This document shows, in pieces, positions 40,921 to 51,483 of a stretch of 64,000 bases of DNA; position 1 is the first letter of the stretch, and every line of letters starts with the position of its first letter. The position numbers and the translations under genes are program-made. The stretch is taken from the NCBI GenBank assembly GCA_965231005.1, contig OZ246405.1, positions 610,709-674,708 of the forward strand. The letters are read 5' to 3'. This DNA is from an uncultured Gammaproteobacteria bacterium (GTDB taxonomy: Bacteria > Patescibacteriota > Patescibacteriia > Magasanikbacterales > UBA922). The notes beneath the pieces were generated by a model. It made no database searches. It had not been told where the DNA came from and saw nothing but the letters and a program-made list of their open reading frames with translations.

Positions 40921-42199
40921 AAAACTCATCCAACAACTCAAATCATTTGAATATGACGGTCGGATCAATCCAGACCGTGTTTGGGTTTCAGAGACAAAAA
41001 AGGATCTAATGATGAGAATTAGAAATTCAGGTTCACAAAAAGTATCAAGAAAAATCCAACCAATGAAATTTGCAACATGGTTTATGCCTTCAAATATGGC
41101 ATATTTCACACGACCAGCTATGGCTCTTTTCATTATTGCAACACTAACTGTTGGTGGTTGGATTGCAGGTGTAAATGCATCATACAACAGTTTGCCAGGA
41201 GATACGTTGTATGGAGTAAAACTTGCAGCTGAAAAAACACAGGTTGCTTTTGCCGTTGTAACTCGAGATAAGCAAGTTGAAACACAATTACATCTTGAAT
41301 TTGCTTCACGTCGTTCAAAAGAAGCAAAAGATGTTATTGCAAATAATCCTCAAGCAAAAGAACAAGCACAAGTTGCAGTGAAGAAAATTAAAAAATCAAT
41401 TGACTCAGCAAAAAGTGCTATTGAAAAGGTTGGACAAAAAGATCTTGTAAAAGCTGTTGCTTTAGCAAAAGATATTAACACAACAAAAAAAGAAATCATT
41501 TCTGATCTAAAAGATTTATCAGAAGACGTTACATTGGCAAAGGAAGTTGTTGATGCAACATCTGCAGTAAACGATGCTGCACTTGATACAGTTGAAGATA
41601 TTGTAGAAAAGATTGTAGAAGACGATGCAAAAGAAGTTGTAGAAGAAAAGAAAGAGGAAAAAGAAAAAGTCGCAAAAGAAGTTGTAGAGTTAGTTACAGG
41701 TGTTATTGATGGAGCTACTGATGAAACAAAAGAAAATTTGGAAACAGGGGCAATTGATTTGAAAGAATTGTCAGATACTGTGCAATCTGAGACATTTGCT
41801 TCTTCAACAAAGGCTATTGATCCAAAAAAGACAGATACAACAGCTCTTATAAATGTTTCAGATGTGACATCAACTCCTCAAGTTGCAGAAAAAGTTGTGA
41901 AAGAAGCTGAGCAGCAAGTTGATGCAGCAACTGAATTGGTTGATGACATTTTAGAAGAAGCAAGAGATTTGGTTGAAGGACAACAGCTTGTTGAGGCAAT
42001 TAAAAAAGTTAAACAAGCAACTGAAGTGAATAAAGAAGCTGCAGAAGTCGTTGTAAAAACAAAAGAAGTTGTTCAAAAGGCGCAAGAAAATATTAAAGAT
42101 GTTTCAGAAGATGAACCTGCAGCAACTGATGCAACAGATGAGGACGAGGAAAAAAAGATAGAGACGAAAGATAATAGTAAACAAGAAATTTCAGAGTAA
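40913..42199 (+). CDS. membrane protein partner of the sigma factor (putative anti-sigma, DUF5667-like), Lys/Glu-rich
   Basis: It overlaps the sigma gene by 8 nt. A single TM helix is present (AMALFIIATLTVGGWIAG). The extracytoplasmic segment LPGDTLYGVKLAAEKTQVAF... is typical of partners found next to such sigma genes. Confidence 0.55.
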   Translation: MSKKLIQQLKSFEYDGRINPDRVWVSETKKDLMMRIRNSGSQKVSRKIQPMKFATWFMPSNMAYFTRPAMALFIIATLTVGGWIAGVNASYNSLPGDTLYGVKLAAEKTQVAFAVVTRDKQVETQLHLEFASRRSKEAKDVIANNPQAKEQAQVAVKKIKKSIDSAKSAIEKVGQKDLVKAVALAKDINTTKKEIISDLKDLSEDVTLAKEVVDATSAVNDAALDTVEDIVEKIVEDDAKEVVEEKKEEKEKVAKEVVELVTGVIDGATDETKENLETGAIDLKELSDTVQSETFASSTKAIDPKKTDTTALINVSDVTSTPQVAEKVVKEAEQQVDAATELVDDILEEARDLVEGQQLVEAIKKVKQATEVNKEAAEVVVKTKEVVQKAQENIKDVSEDEPAATDATDEDEEKKIETKDNSKQEISE

Positions 42200-42584
42200 T
42201 CTTGAAGGCAGTGTTTTTTTCTCTAGCACTAACAGTAGAGAAAAGAACTGTGCCTTCTGTAGAATGCACAAGCAGTATATGAATATTAATTACCTATACT
42301 GTATGGCTCATGCCCTGAACTCTACCGCAAGTCGAGGGTAGTTCAGGGCAGAATGCCATATAGTATGACCGTTCGCGGTCTGTTATAGCTTTTGCTATAG
42401 CATGGGAACTCCGACGCAGTCGGAATGCCATTTTGCCTTTATAAAAGGTAATTGTGGCGTGTATATAGTCCAAGGTCGAGGCTCGATCCGAGTCGCTATA
42501 TACTTGTAGATAATAGTTTTATCTGTAGACACTTTCTTGCAACGCAGGAAAGGCGCGTTACGGATAAGACGAAAGAATGTATTT

Positions 42585-45500
42585 ATGAGTAATGTATTAC
42601 GCTTAACAAAAGATGCGTTTACATGGTCAGTTGTTGTATTGACAATCCTCTGGAGCATGGGTGTAGCTGCACTCGTTCCATTGGTAGCACAAGCAGCAAC
42701 ATGTCCTACACTGAATGCTGGTGACTTGTTCAAAGTTTCTGGAAATTCAGCTGTATATCTGGTTAACCCAGACATGAAACGCATGTACTTCCCAAACAGT
42801 GAAGTTTACCACTCATGGTATGAAAACTTCTCTGGAGTACAAACAATTGCCAACACATGTGTTGACAATTATCCAAGTGGTGGTGGTGTAAACTACCGTC
42901 CAGGTTCACAATTGATCAAAGTTGTTATTTCTCCAAATGTTTACGCAGTTGGACCAGACAACATGAAGCATAAAATTGCTAGCGAAGCAGTTGCAAAAGA
43001 TCTCTACGGAGCTGACTGGGCAAAACTTGTCCGTGATCTTCCAGATGTATTCGATGCAAACTACAGCGTTGGTGCTGAATTGAAAGATGCAACACCTCAC
43101 AATGGTCAATTGGTAAAGAAATCAGGTGATTCAAAAACTTACCATGTTGTAGGTGGAAAACTAACAGAAGTTAGTGGATCACTTTCAAAAGCTGCAAGCG
43201 GTGATGTTCGAACACTCTCAGCTACAACATTTGCAAAATTAGAAAAAGCAAGTGGTACAGCAACAGCAGCAAGTGTTCTTTCAAACCCTTCACAAAAAGC
43301 AGGCGGAAGTAGTTCTACTACTAAACCAACAGGTCCTGCAACTTCACCAGGTGCTGTAACAGTTGCTTTGGCAGCTGACACACCAGCAGCAGGATATGCT
43401 TTGAAGAATGCAACACGTGTTGGATTCACAAAGTTTAACTTGACAGCAGGTAGTGATCCTGTAACAATCAAATCTTTGAAGATTGAACGTACAGGTTCTC
43501 CTGCAAGTGATGGTGCATTTACAGGTGTTAACATCATGAAACCAAATGGTGACCTATTGAGTTCTTCATACAAGACATTGAACTCAGATCACCAAGCAAC
43601 CTTTACAGAAGATATTGTGGTTCCTGCAAACTCAACAGTATCTTACACATTGGTTGGTAAAATTGTTGACAACACAACATACAGTGGTGAAGTTCCAACA
43701 TTGACATTGGTATCATTGGATACAGATGCAACAGTGAGTGGTTCTCTTCCACTTGTAGGTAATGCACAAACAATTAACACAACAGTTAATGTTGCAGATC
43801 TTACAGTTGCTGAAGGAACAGACGTTGGTGCTAACACAGAAGAGGTTGGTACAGTCGGATATGACTTCACAGCAGTGAAATTGACAAACAGTGCATCAAA
43901 TGCTGACCTTCAAATTGAATCTATTAAGTTCAACAATGCTGGTTCAGCAGATGATGGAGACATTGATAATGCATCTTTGGTTATTGATGGTGAAGCAGTT
44001 GCCACAGCAAGCATGGATAAAAACTACATCTACTTTGACCTTTCAAAATGTGGTGACAAATGTAAGATTGAAGCTGGAAAGAATGAAACATTCACACTTC
44101 GTGCAGACATTATTGGTGGTTCAGGAAGAACTCTTGACTTTGACATTAAGAGAGCAGACGACATTGTCGCAAAAGATCTCTTAAACAATGTCTACGTTAC
44201 ACCAAGTGGAGCACTTAATGCTGGAAACATCATTACAGTTTCACGAGGTACATTGACAGTTAGCAAGACAAACACAGTTGCTGCTTCAAACATTCCATCA
44301 GACACAACTGATCTTGAGTTGGGTTCTTGGAATTTTAAAGTAGAAGGTGAGCCTATCACAGTTAGCACAATTAAGTTTGATATTGATGTAACAAACACTG
44401 TGTCTTCTTCAGACTTTACAAGTTTGAAACTTTATAACAAGACAACAGGTGCTACACTTACTGGTGGAACAGATGGTGCAGATGCAAGCACAAGTTCTAA
44501 AGATGGTAGTGTTTCATTTACAGATTCTTTCACACTTCCAATTGGTAATAATGAAATTATCCTTAAAGGTAACTTGAGCAGCGATGCTGCTTCAGATGAT
44601 ACTGTACAGTTCGCAGTTGACTTTACTGCTGCTTCTACAGATAACTTGGATGCAACTGGTAATGTAACAGGTGATGCAATTGCACTTAGTGCAACTGCAG
44701 CTGATAACTATGCAAATCCTTACGGATCAGAAGTTGATGCTAACCTTCTTACAGTGAAAGGACTTTCACTTGATGTTGTAACATTGTCTAACCCAGCAGC
44801 TCAAACAATCGCAGCTGGTTCAGCTGGTGTACACTTCAGCACAGTTTCCTTCGATGCTACAGATTCTTCTGAAGACATCAAGGTAACACAGTTCCACATC
44901 AATGTAACAACTACAGGTGCTGCTGCAAACGAATTACAGAACATTAAGTTCCAAGTAAATGATAAAGCAGACGGAAGTTACAGAGAATTGGGTATTTCAA
45001 AGAATGGTACTGATTCAACTTCTGGAAGTGACGAACGAATCAACGTTGCTTTGACTGGTAGTGATCAATTTATAGTCAAGAAAGGCACAAAGCTTAACTT
45101 GAAAGTATATGTTGATCTTAGCGCAAGCGCTACAGCAAACGGCACATTCCAAATCCAAATCAATAATGTAGCAAACAGTGACAGTGATACAACCACAGTA
45201 ACATCTCAAGGTGTTGTTAGTGGAAACGATATTACTGAAACATATGACGCTGCAACAGGTAGTGTTATGACAGTTGGTACAGCAGGTGGTAACCTAGAAG
45301 TTAGCCTTGACTCTTCCAACCCAACAGCACGATTGTTCGCAGCTGGTACAGAAGTTACATTGGGTGCATTCAACTTCTATGCTTCAAATACTGAAGACAT
45401 TGAACTTGATTACATGTACTTGACACAAGTTGTAACAACAGCTGGTTCATCATCATTCAAGGATTATGATGAAATCTGGTTTGTAGACGAAGCTGGTAAA

Positions 45501-46379
45501 GAAATTGCCGGAACAAGAACAAACCCAACAAGTACAGTTCCAAAAGTTGACTTCTCTGATGACGCATTTATCGTCAACATTGATGATACTGACGGAGAAA
45601 CACTCTACTTGAAGGCAAAATTAGCTGCAATTGGAAATGGTAAAAATGGTACTGCTGGAAATTACCTTGGATACAAGGTGAATGCTAAAGCAGACGTTGT
45701 TGCTAAAGGTAACCTAACAGGTAGTGGTACATATGAATTCCTTGGTTCTAGTGCAAATGCTCCAACAGGAAATACGCACTATGGATACAAAGGATACCCA
45801 GTTGTCACAATCAAGGATCTTACAAGCAAGACACTAACAGCCGGTGACTTTGAAATCTTTAGATTTGAAGTTGCTGCTGTCAACAGTGACATTGCATTGT
45901 ATGGATTCACCTTTGATGTTGCTACTACAGTTGTTACTGTAAGAGATCTACAATTGTACAAGATTGAAACAAACAAAGCAGAAACAATTGTTAATGACTC
46001 AAAGGGTGATGTAGGTCCTGATAAGACCTGGCAAACTGTTGGTACAGATTGGACATCCAACTTTGCATCAAGTGAAATCAACGTTTCAAAATCAACACCA
46101 GTTACCTTCTCATTGAAGGGTAACGTTAGTGCCCTAGCTAGTGGTGCTGCTGTTACAGTAAAACTTGCTGGTGATGCAGCTCACTTGCACGTAACAGGTG
46201 TAAATACTGTTATGGGTACTGCTGCGAATGTTGATGCTGATGTAAACGATGACTTTATCTGGTCAGACAAGAGTGCTGACGGTCATTCTACATCAAAGAC
46301 TGACTGGACAAACGGATTCCTCGTTTCAGGACTTCCAGCTACATCAAGTACTCCAAAGTCAGCATCATACACTACATAG
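42585..46379 (+). CDS. S-layer-like major surface protein (1264 aa)
   Basis: Signal peptide MSNVLRLTKDAFTWSVVVLTILWSMGVAALVPLVAQAA. The composition is extremely Thr/Ser/Ala/Val/Asn/Gly-rich and almost Cys-free, with strongly biased codons. A long structured leader precedes it and a strong hairpin follows it. Confidence 0.7.
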   Translation: MSNVLRLTKDAFTWSVVVLTILWSMGVAALVPLVAQAATCPTLNAGDLFKVSGNSAVYLVNPDMKRMYFPNSEVYHSWYENFSGVQTIANTCVDNYPSGGGVNYRPGSQLIKVVISPNVYAVGPDNMKHKIASEAVAKDLYGADWAKLVRDLPDVFDANYSVGAELKDATPHNGQLVKKSGDSKTYHVVGGKLTEVSGSLSKAASGDVRTLSATTFAKLEKASGTATAASVLSNPSQKAGGSSSTTKPTGPATSPGAVTVALAADTPAAGYALKNATRVGFTKFNLTAGSDPVTIKSLKIERTGSPASDGAFTGVNIMKPNGDLLSSSYKTLNSDHQATFTEDIVVPANSTVSYTLVGKIVDNTTYSGEVPTLTLVSLDTDATVSGSLPLVGNAQTINTTVNVADLTVAEGTDVGANTEEVGTVGYDFTAVKLTNSASNADLQIESIKFNNAGSADDGDIDNASLVIDGEAVATASMDKNYIYFDLSKCGDKCKIEAGKNETFTLRADIIGGSGRTLDFDIKRADDIVAKDLLNNVYVTPSGALNAGNIITVSRGTLTVSKTNTVAASNIPSDTTDLELGSWNFKVEGEPITVSTIKFDIDVTNTVSSSDFTSLKLYNKTTGATLTGGTDGADASTSSKDGSVSFTDSFTLPIGNNEIILKGNLSSDAASDDTVQFAVDFTAASTDNLDATGNVTGDAIALSATAADNYANPYGSEVDANLLTVKGLSLDVVTLSNPAAQTIAAGSAGVHFSTVSFDATDSSEDIKVTQFHINVTTTGAAANELQNIKFQVNDKADGSYRELGISKNGTDSTSGSDERINVALTGSDQFIVKKGTKLNLKVYVDLSASATANGTFQIQINNVANSDSDTTTVTSQGVVSGNDITETYDAATGSVMTVGTAGGNLEVSLDSSNPTARLFAAGTEVTLGAFNFYASNTEDIELDYMYLTQVVTTAGSSSFKDYDEIWFVDEAGKEIAGTRTNPTSTVPKVDFSDDAFIVNIDDTDGETLYLKAKLAAIGNGKNGTAGNYLGYKVNAKADVVAKGNLTGSGTYEFLGSSANAPTGNTHYGYKGYPVVTIKDLTSKTLTAGDFEIFRFEVAAVNSDIALYGFTFDVATTVVTVRDLQLYKIETNKAETIVNDSKGDVGPDKTWQTVGTDWTSNFASSEINVSKSTPVTFSLKGNVSALASGAAVTVKLAGDAAHLHVTGVNTVMGTAANVDADVNDDFIWSDKSADGHSTSKTDWTNGFLVSGLPATSSTPKSASYTT

Positions 46380-46467
46380 TCTACGGAATTATATTTAGCA
46401 ATAATCTTATTGCCTAACATAACCCGTGTAGTGGTAAAGTAAGTACTATACTATCTTTATCAGACGT

Positions 46468-46506
46468 GCAAAGAGCCCGGCCATTTGGCCGGGCTCTTGC
46501 TGTATT
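46468..46506 (+). terminator. terminator hairpin after the surface-protein gene
   Basis: GCAAAGAGCCCGGCC-ATTT-GGCCGGGCTCTTGC, followed by TGTATTTG. Confidence 0.65.
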
Positions 46507-46588
46507 TGCAAATTTTTTGCTATTGATGCATTGCCTTTTTTGTGATAAAGTGGATAAAGAGTATTTGTAATCTTTCCATTTTTGTTAT

Positions 46589-47281
46589 ATGAAAAAGAAG
46601 CATATCATAAGCATTTCTGCAATTCTTGGTTTTGCTATTTTACTTATTTTTTTCTTTGTGCAGATTGAAAAAACCAAGACGTTTAATATTGAAAAGTGGA
46701 ACAATGAAGAGTGGGTGTTTGATATTTCAGCACCAGAAAGTTTTTCTGAATATCAAAAAGAGCGATATGAAGAAAAACTCTCACAATCAAAAGAGTTGTT
46801 CAGAGAAGATAATCAAGATAATTGGACTTGGTTTGTTATAGGAAATTTGTATGAATACATCCATGACTATGAGCGCGCAGCTGTTTTTTATAAAAGAGCT
46901 ATAGAAGTAAATGAGCATGACCTAGCCTCATATATAAATCTTGCTACAATATATCAAAATTATCTTCATGATTATCATGAAGCCGAAAAAAATTACATGG
47001 AATTTCTATCTCGGAAAACTGCTGATCCTGACGTATATATTCGTCTAGCTCGACTTTACAATCACAAAATGAATAGACTCAATGATGTAGAGAAAATTCT
47101 TTTAGACGGAATTGAAAAATCAGGGAATTATCCAGAGTTATTTGTTGAACTCATTTTATTGTATGAGAAGCAAGAAGGTGAGTTGTATAATGAGAAGAAG
47201 ATTAAAACAATAAAAAGAATGCTTGAACTCCATCCTGATAATGAGTTGTTGCAAAAAAAATACGGAAAGTTTTTAGAGTAG
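46589..47281 (+). CDS. membrane-anchored TPR-repeat protein
   Basis: N-terminal TM helix (ISISAILGFAILLIFFFV). TPR-like helices follow (WFVIGNLYEYIHDYERAAVFYKRAIEVNEHD...). Confidence 0.65.
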   Translation: MKKKHIISISAILGFAILLIFFFVQIEKTKTFNIEKWNNEEWVFDISAPESFSEYQKERYEEKLSQSKELFREDNQDNWTWFVIGNLYEYIHDYERAAVFYKRAIEVNEHDLASYINLATIYQNYLHDYHEAEKNYMEFLSRKTADPDVYIRLARLYNHKMNRLNDVEKILLDGIEKSGNYPELFVELILLYEKQEGELYNEKKIKTIKRMLELHPDNELLQKKYGKFLE

Positions 47282-47290
47282 AAAAAATAT

Positions 47291-49459
47291 ATGCTAGATA
47301 AATACGCTGAAAAATTTTTATACTGGGGACTTGGTCTTGTCCTTTTTATGCCTATATTATTGGGACGACGTCTTATTTTTCCACTTATAACCACCAAGAC
47401 GTACTTTTTTTATATTTTGGTAGATATTCTTTTCATCATCTATCTTTTCTTACTTACAAAAAAGAAGCTTTATCCTAAAAAGTCAACTTTGCTGTATATG
47501 TTTTTGGGTCTTTCAGGAGTCAAGTTGATTATTGATTTGTTTGGGATAAACGCATTGAATAGTTTTTGGGGAAATTACGAGCGTATGATGGGAGGGTATA
47601 CATTAATTCATCTGACAATATATTTGTGGATGCTTCTTGCTGTTTACAACACACCGAAAAAGTATATTCGTCTTTTGGATGTCAGTGTATTTGTGAGTTT
47701 TTTGATGAGCATATACGCGCTACTAGAAAAGTTTCAAGTCAGTATTCCTTATGTAATCCAGTCGTTTGATGCTCGTGTGCAGGGGACACTTGGAAATGCG
47801 GCTTTTCTTGCAAGCTTTTTATTGATTCATGTCTTTTTGTCAGCTTTTTTGCTTGCGAAAAGAAAAGATTCATATTGGTCAATTTGGTATGGGATTGTAT
47901 GTATACTCAATCTCACAGTGCTATTTTTTACAGGAACAAGAGGAGCACTTGTGGGTCTGTTTTTTGGATTAATTGGAATGGTTTCCCTTATACTGTTTAG
48001 GTCAAAAAATAAAAAAGTCGGCCTATTAGCGGCCGGTGTTGTCGGTCTTGTTCTTTTGTCTGCTATTTCGTTATTTTCAATGAAAGACAGTTCTTTTGTG
48101 CAAAGCAGTGAATTGTTGAGAAGAGTCAGTTCTTTCAGTATTTCAGAAGGAACTGGGTATAATAGGTTGCTTCTTTGGAAGATGAGTATTGGTGCAATGA
48201 AAGACAGGCCTCTTTTGGGATATGGTGGAAATAATATAAGAATCCCTTTGGACAAGCATCATGATTATCGGCTTGAAGAAGAGTGGTATGATAGTTCACA
48301 TAGTCAATTTTTTGATGAATTACTAGCTCATGGCGTTGTTGGTTTTTTGTTTTATATTTCATTCTTGGTTTTATTGATGAAGAACATCGTACAAGCGTAT
48401 CATAAGAATCCCATGTTCAGTATTTTTTTCACAGGACTATTTACTTCTTATATTATTCAAAGTTTTTTCATTTTTGATTCTATTGCCGTAAGTTTTATTT
48501 TCTTTTCTGTGTTGGGGTTTGTGTTGGTTACTATTGAAACGGACACAGATACAATAAAACGCTTGCTTCCAAAATATGTTTCTTATCCGTTAATGGTGCT
48601 ATTAGTCATGTTTTTAAGTGTTGTATATTTACGAAGTATCCCTGTTGCAGCAAAGGTCTTAGATGGGTACAGGTTGGTGAGTACAAATCCTGATGCAGCA
48701 ACAGAAACATTTTTAGATGCAGATCAACAGGCAATTTTTGGATATGATATTATCGCTCCTTCAATGGCTGAGGGATATGTAGAAGTATTTAAACAAAGGC
48801 AAAAATTTTCAAAGGAACAATTCATAACGTACATTGAAGCGATTGAAAAAATTTACAAGCATGCAGAGGAAAAATCCAATGGATATTCTAAGTTTCAAAT
48901 GAATTTGGCAAAGATGTATCAGCTCGCTGGTTTTGTAAGTCCAGAGTACTCAGAAAAATCTACTGCCATTCTAGAAGAGCTCATTGAAACTGCGCCTACA
49001 AGAGTAGATCCATATTATGCACTTGCGCAGGAATACTACAACAAAGATGATTTCGCGACTGCTGAAAAAATTATGGTGGATGCATTGAAGTTTGAAGCAA
49101 AGCATGGGCGCACCTATAGAAATCTAGCTCAAATGAGACTTGGGAAAGGTGATCCTATATTGGCAGCAGACAATATTATCAAAGCGCATAGTCTGGGTGG
49201 TATGCAAGATACTGATTATGGTTTGCTAGAAAAATTTTCAAAAATGCTAGTAGAAAAAGAAGACTGGGACCGTTTGCTGCAGGTACTATTTATTATGAAT
49301 GACGTGTATCCGGAAACGCCGTATGTATATTCAAACATAAGTGTGACATACAAAAAAATGGGTAACGAGGAATTGAACAAAGAATGGAAAGAAAAAACAA
49401 AAAGTCTTATTCAAAAAAGGGGAGGAAAAGAAAAAAGAACTAATTTTCTAGATTTATGA
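47291..49459 (+). CDS. O-antigen ligase-like (Wzy_C) polytopic protein fused to C-terminal TPR repeats
   Basis: The polytopic N-terminal half carries FTGTRGALVGLFFGLIG and SHSQFFDELLAHG. The C-terminal ~270 aa is TPR-like (YYALAQEYYNKDDFATAEKIM...). Confidence 0.75.
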   Translation: MLDKYAEKFLYWGLGLVLFMPILLGRRLIFPLITTKTYFFYILVDILFIIYLFLLTKKKLYPKKSTLLYMFLGLSGVKLIIDLFGINALNSFWGNYERMMGGYTLIHLTIYLWMLLAVYNTPKKYIRLLDVSVFVSFLMSIYALLEKFQVSIPYVIQSFDARVQGTLGNAAFLASFLLIHVFLSAFLLAKRKDSYWSIWYGIVCILNLTVLFFTGTRGALVGLFFGLIGMVSLILFRSKNKKVGLLAAGVVGLVLLSAISLFSMKDSSFVQSSELLRRVSSFSISEGTGYNRLLLWKMSIGAMKDRPLLGYGGNNIRIPLDKHHDYRLEEEWYDSSHSQFFDELLAHGVVGFLFYISFLVLLMKNIVQAYHKNPMFSIFFTGLFTSYIIQSFFIFDSIAVSFIFFSVLGFVLVTIETDTDTIKRLLPKYVSYPLMVLLVMFLSVVYLRSIPVAAKVLDGYRLVSTNPDAATETFLDADQQAIFGYDIIAPSMAEGYVEVFKQRQKFSKEQFITYIEAIEKIYKHAEEKSNGYSKFQMNLAKMYQLAGFVSPEYSEKSTAILEELIETAPTRVDPYYALAQEYYNKDDFATAEKIMVDALKFEAKHGRTYRNLAQMRLGKGDPILAADNIIKAHSLGGMQDTDYGLLEKFSKMLVEKEDWDRLLQVLFIMNDVYPETPYVYSNISVTYKKMGNEELNKEWKEKTKSLIQKRGGKEKRTNFLDL

Positions 49460-51483
49460 CGAATCGAATAAAGTTTATAATTAAATGTCTTACAGGCGCA
49501 ACGTTTCTTGCTCCTTTGGTGTTATTACCACAACATTTTGTCTTTCCATTCATTGTCGGGAAGATTTTTTTGTTTCGTTCAATTGTGTTATTAATGCTTG
49601 GTACATACATTGTCCTCTTTTTGAATGACCCAGATCGTTATAAGATTCGTCTAAATCCAGTACATATCGCTGTTATCCTTTTTTTGGTAAGTTTTACAGT
49701 TTCGTCCTTTGTAGGGGTTGATTGGTACAAAAGTTTTTGGGATAGTCATGAGCGTATGCTTGGTCTATTTACTATTATTCATTATATTATTTATTATTTC
49801 ATTATTTCCACGGTACTGTCTGGATGGAAGGACTGGCATTGGATGTTTCGGATCTTTTTGTTTCTCGGTGGAATTGTCATGGTTTTGGGTATTTGGCAAA
49901 AAGTTGTTGATCCACAAGCATTTCTCAATAATGGAAATAACAGGGTCTCTTCAACACTTGGTAATCCTATATATTTTAGTGGATACGGTTTGTTTTTATT
50001 CTTCAGCGGTTTATTATCTACCTTTTTAGAAGAAAAAAAATCTTGGAAATTTTACTCATTACTCGTATGTTTTCTTGGTTTTTTGGGAATTTTCTTAGGT
50101 GGGACAAGAGGAACATTGATTGGTTTGATTGCTGGAATTGTCGCAGCAGGGGTTGGTTATTTTTTTGGTTTGAAAAAAAATAAGATGGTGAGAAGATCTT
50201 TAATTACAGTTGGAGTTTTGGTTTTAGTAGTGGCTGGTTTGTTATTTTCGTTTAGAAAAACAAATGTTGTAAACAACATCCCGACTATTGGAAGGCTGCT
50301 GAATAGCTCGATAATTGAAGGTACTGGTAGTACACGTCTTATGGCATGGAGTATCGCAATTGATGCGTGGAAAGAAAAACCGATATTTGGTTCAGGTCCT
50401 AATAATTTTTATTATAGTTTTAATAAATTTTATAATCCGAAGTTCTTGGAGTATGGGATAGGGGAGACATGGTTTGATAATGCACATAGCGCACTTCTCA
50501 ATACCCTTGCTGTCCAAGGAGTGTTGGGCTTTGTTACATATATTGGTTTATTTTTTTCTGCCGTACTTGTATTGTGGAGGAAAACAAAACAAGGTGATTT
50601 TCTGTTAAACATTCATATTATAAGTATATCTTCGGGATTTTTGATTGCTCATTTTTTCCACAATGCATTTGTGTTTGAAAATCCTACGTCGTTTTTATAT
50701 TTTTTCTTTTTCTTAGCTTTTGTCAGTAGCATTACTTCAAAAGATATTGCTGTTGAAAAAAACAAGAAAACAAAAAATGTAACATTAAGTTTTGTTTCTA
50801 TTGTTGCTATTATCATTCTTTTACTGATATATACGACAAACGTCAATCCAGCAAGGGCTAATAATAGAACATTAGATATGATACGAAATGCCTACAGTGG
50901 TGGAGACGTGACATTGCTTTATGAGGATATGATAGGTATTCCTTCACCTCATATAGATGATATGCGAATTGATTTTAGCAGAACCGTGTATAGGATTATA
51001 CCTGAATTGGTTAAGCGAGGTCGCTCTGAAGAAGCAAAAAAAATATTTGAACTTGCGTATAACGAGTTAGGAAAAAATTTAGACCTTCACCCGCTAGATA
51101 TTAGGGTACATATTTTAAGATCACAATTGGCAGAGGCTGTTGCAGATCTGACAAAGAGTGTGCCACTTTTGATTGAGTCAGAAAAAATGTTAGAGCAAGC
51201 GTTGGTGCATTCACCAAAGAGACAGCAAATCCAATATATGCTTTCCATTATTAAGTTAAAGTTACAAAAATTTGACGAAGCCATCGTCTTGTTAGAGACA
51301 ACAATAAATAATAATGAAGTGTTAGGTGAGGGGTGGTGGAGACTTGCTCTTATCTATAGAGAGTTGGGAGATGAAGAAAAAGCAAGATCTATAATTGAAA
51401 AAGCAGTTGAGCGTAATGTGTTCTTTGATTATGGAATTGGTAGGCAAATTGCAGAAGAAATTTTACCAGGTTCTACTCAGTAA
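49456..51483 (+). CDS. O-antigen ligase-like (Wzy_C) polytopic protein fused to C-terminal TPR repeats (paralog)
   Basis: Same architecture as 47291-49459 (LGGTRGTLIGLIAGIV, NAHSALLNTLAVQG; C-terminal WWRLALIYRELGDEEKA). Its start overlaps the previous stop (ATGA). Confidence 0.75.
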   Translation: MTNRIKFIIKCLTGATFLAPLVLLPQHFVFPFIVGKIFLFRSIVLLMLGTYIVLFLNDPDRYKIRLNPVHIAVILFLVSFTVSSFVGVDWYKSFWDSHERMLGLFTIIHYIIYYFIISTVLSGWKDWHWMFRIFLFLGGIVMVLGIWQKVVDPQAFLNNGNNRVSSTLGNPIYFSGYGLFLFFSGLLSTFLEEKKSWKFYSLLVCFLGFLGIFLGGTRGTLIGLIAGIVAAGVGYFFGLKKNKMVRRSLITVGVLVLVVAGLLFSFRKTNVVNNIPTIGRLLNSSIIEGTGSTRLMAWSIAIDAWKEKPIFGSGPNNFYYSFNKFYNPKFLEYGIGETWFDNAHSALLNTLAVQGVLGFVTYIGLFFSAVLVLWRKTKQGDFLLNIHIISISSGFLIAHFFHNAFVFENPTSFLYFFFFLAFVSSITSKDIAVEKNKKTKNVTLSFVSIVAIIILLLIYTTNVNPARANNRTLDMIRNAYSGGDVTLLYEDMIGIPSPHIDDMRIDFSRTVYRIIPELVKRGRSEEAKKIFELAYNELGKNLDLHPLDIRVHILRSQLAEAVADLTKSVPLLIESEKMLEQALVHSPKRQQIQYMLSIIKLKLQKFDEAIVLLETTINNNEVLGEGWWRLALIYRELGDEEKARSIIEKAVERNVFFDYGIGRQIAEEILPGSTQ

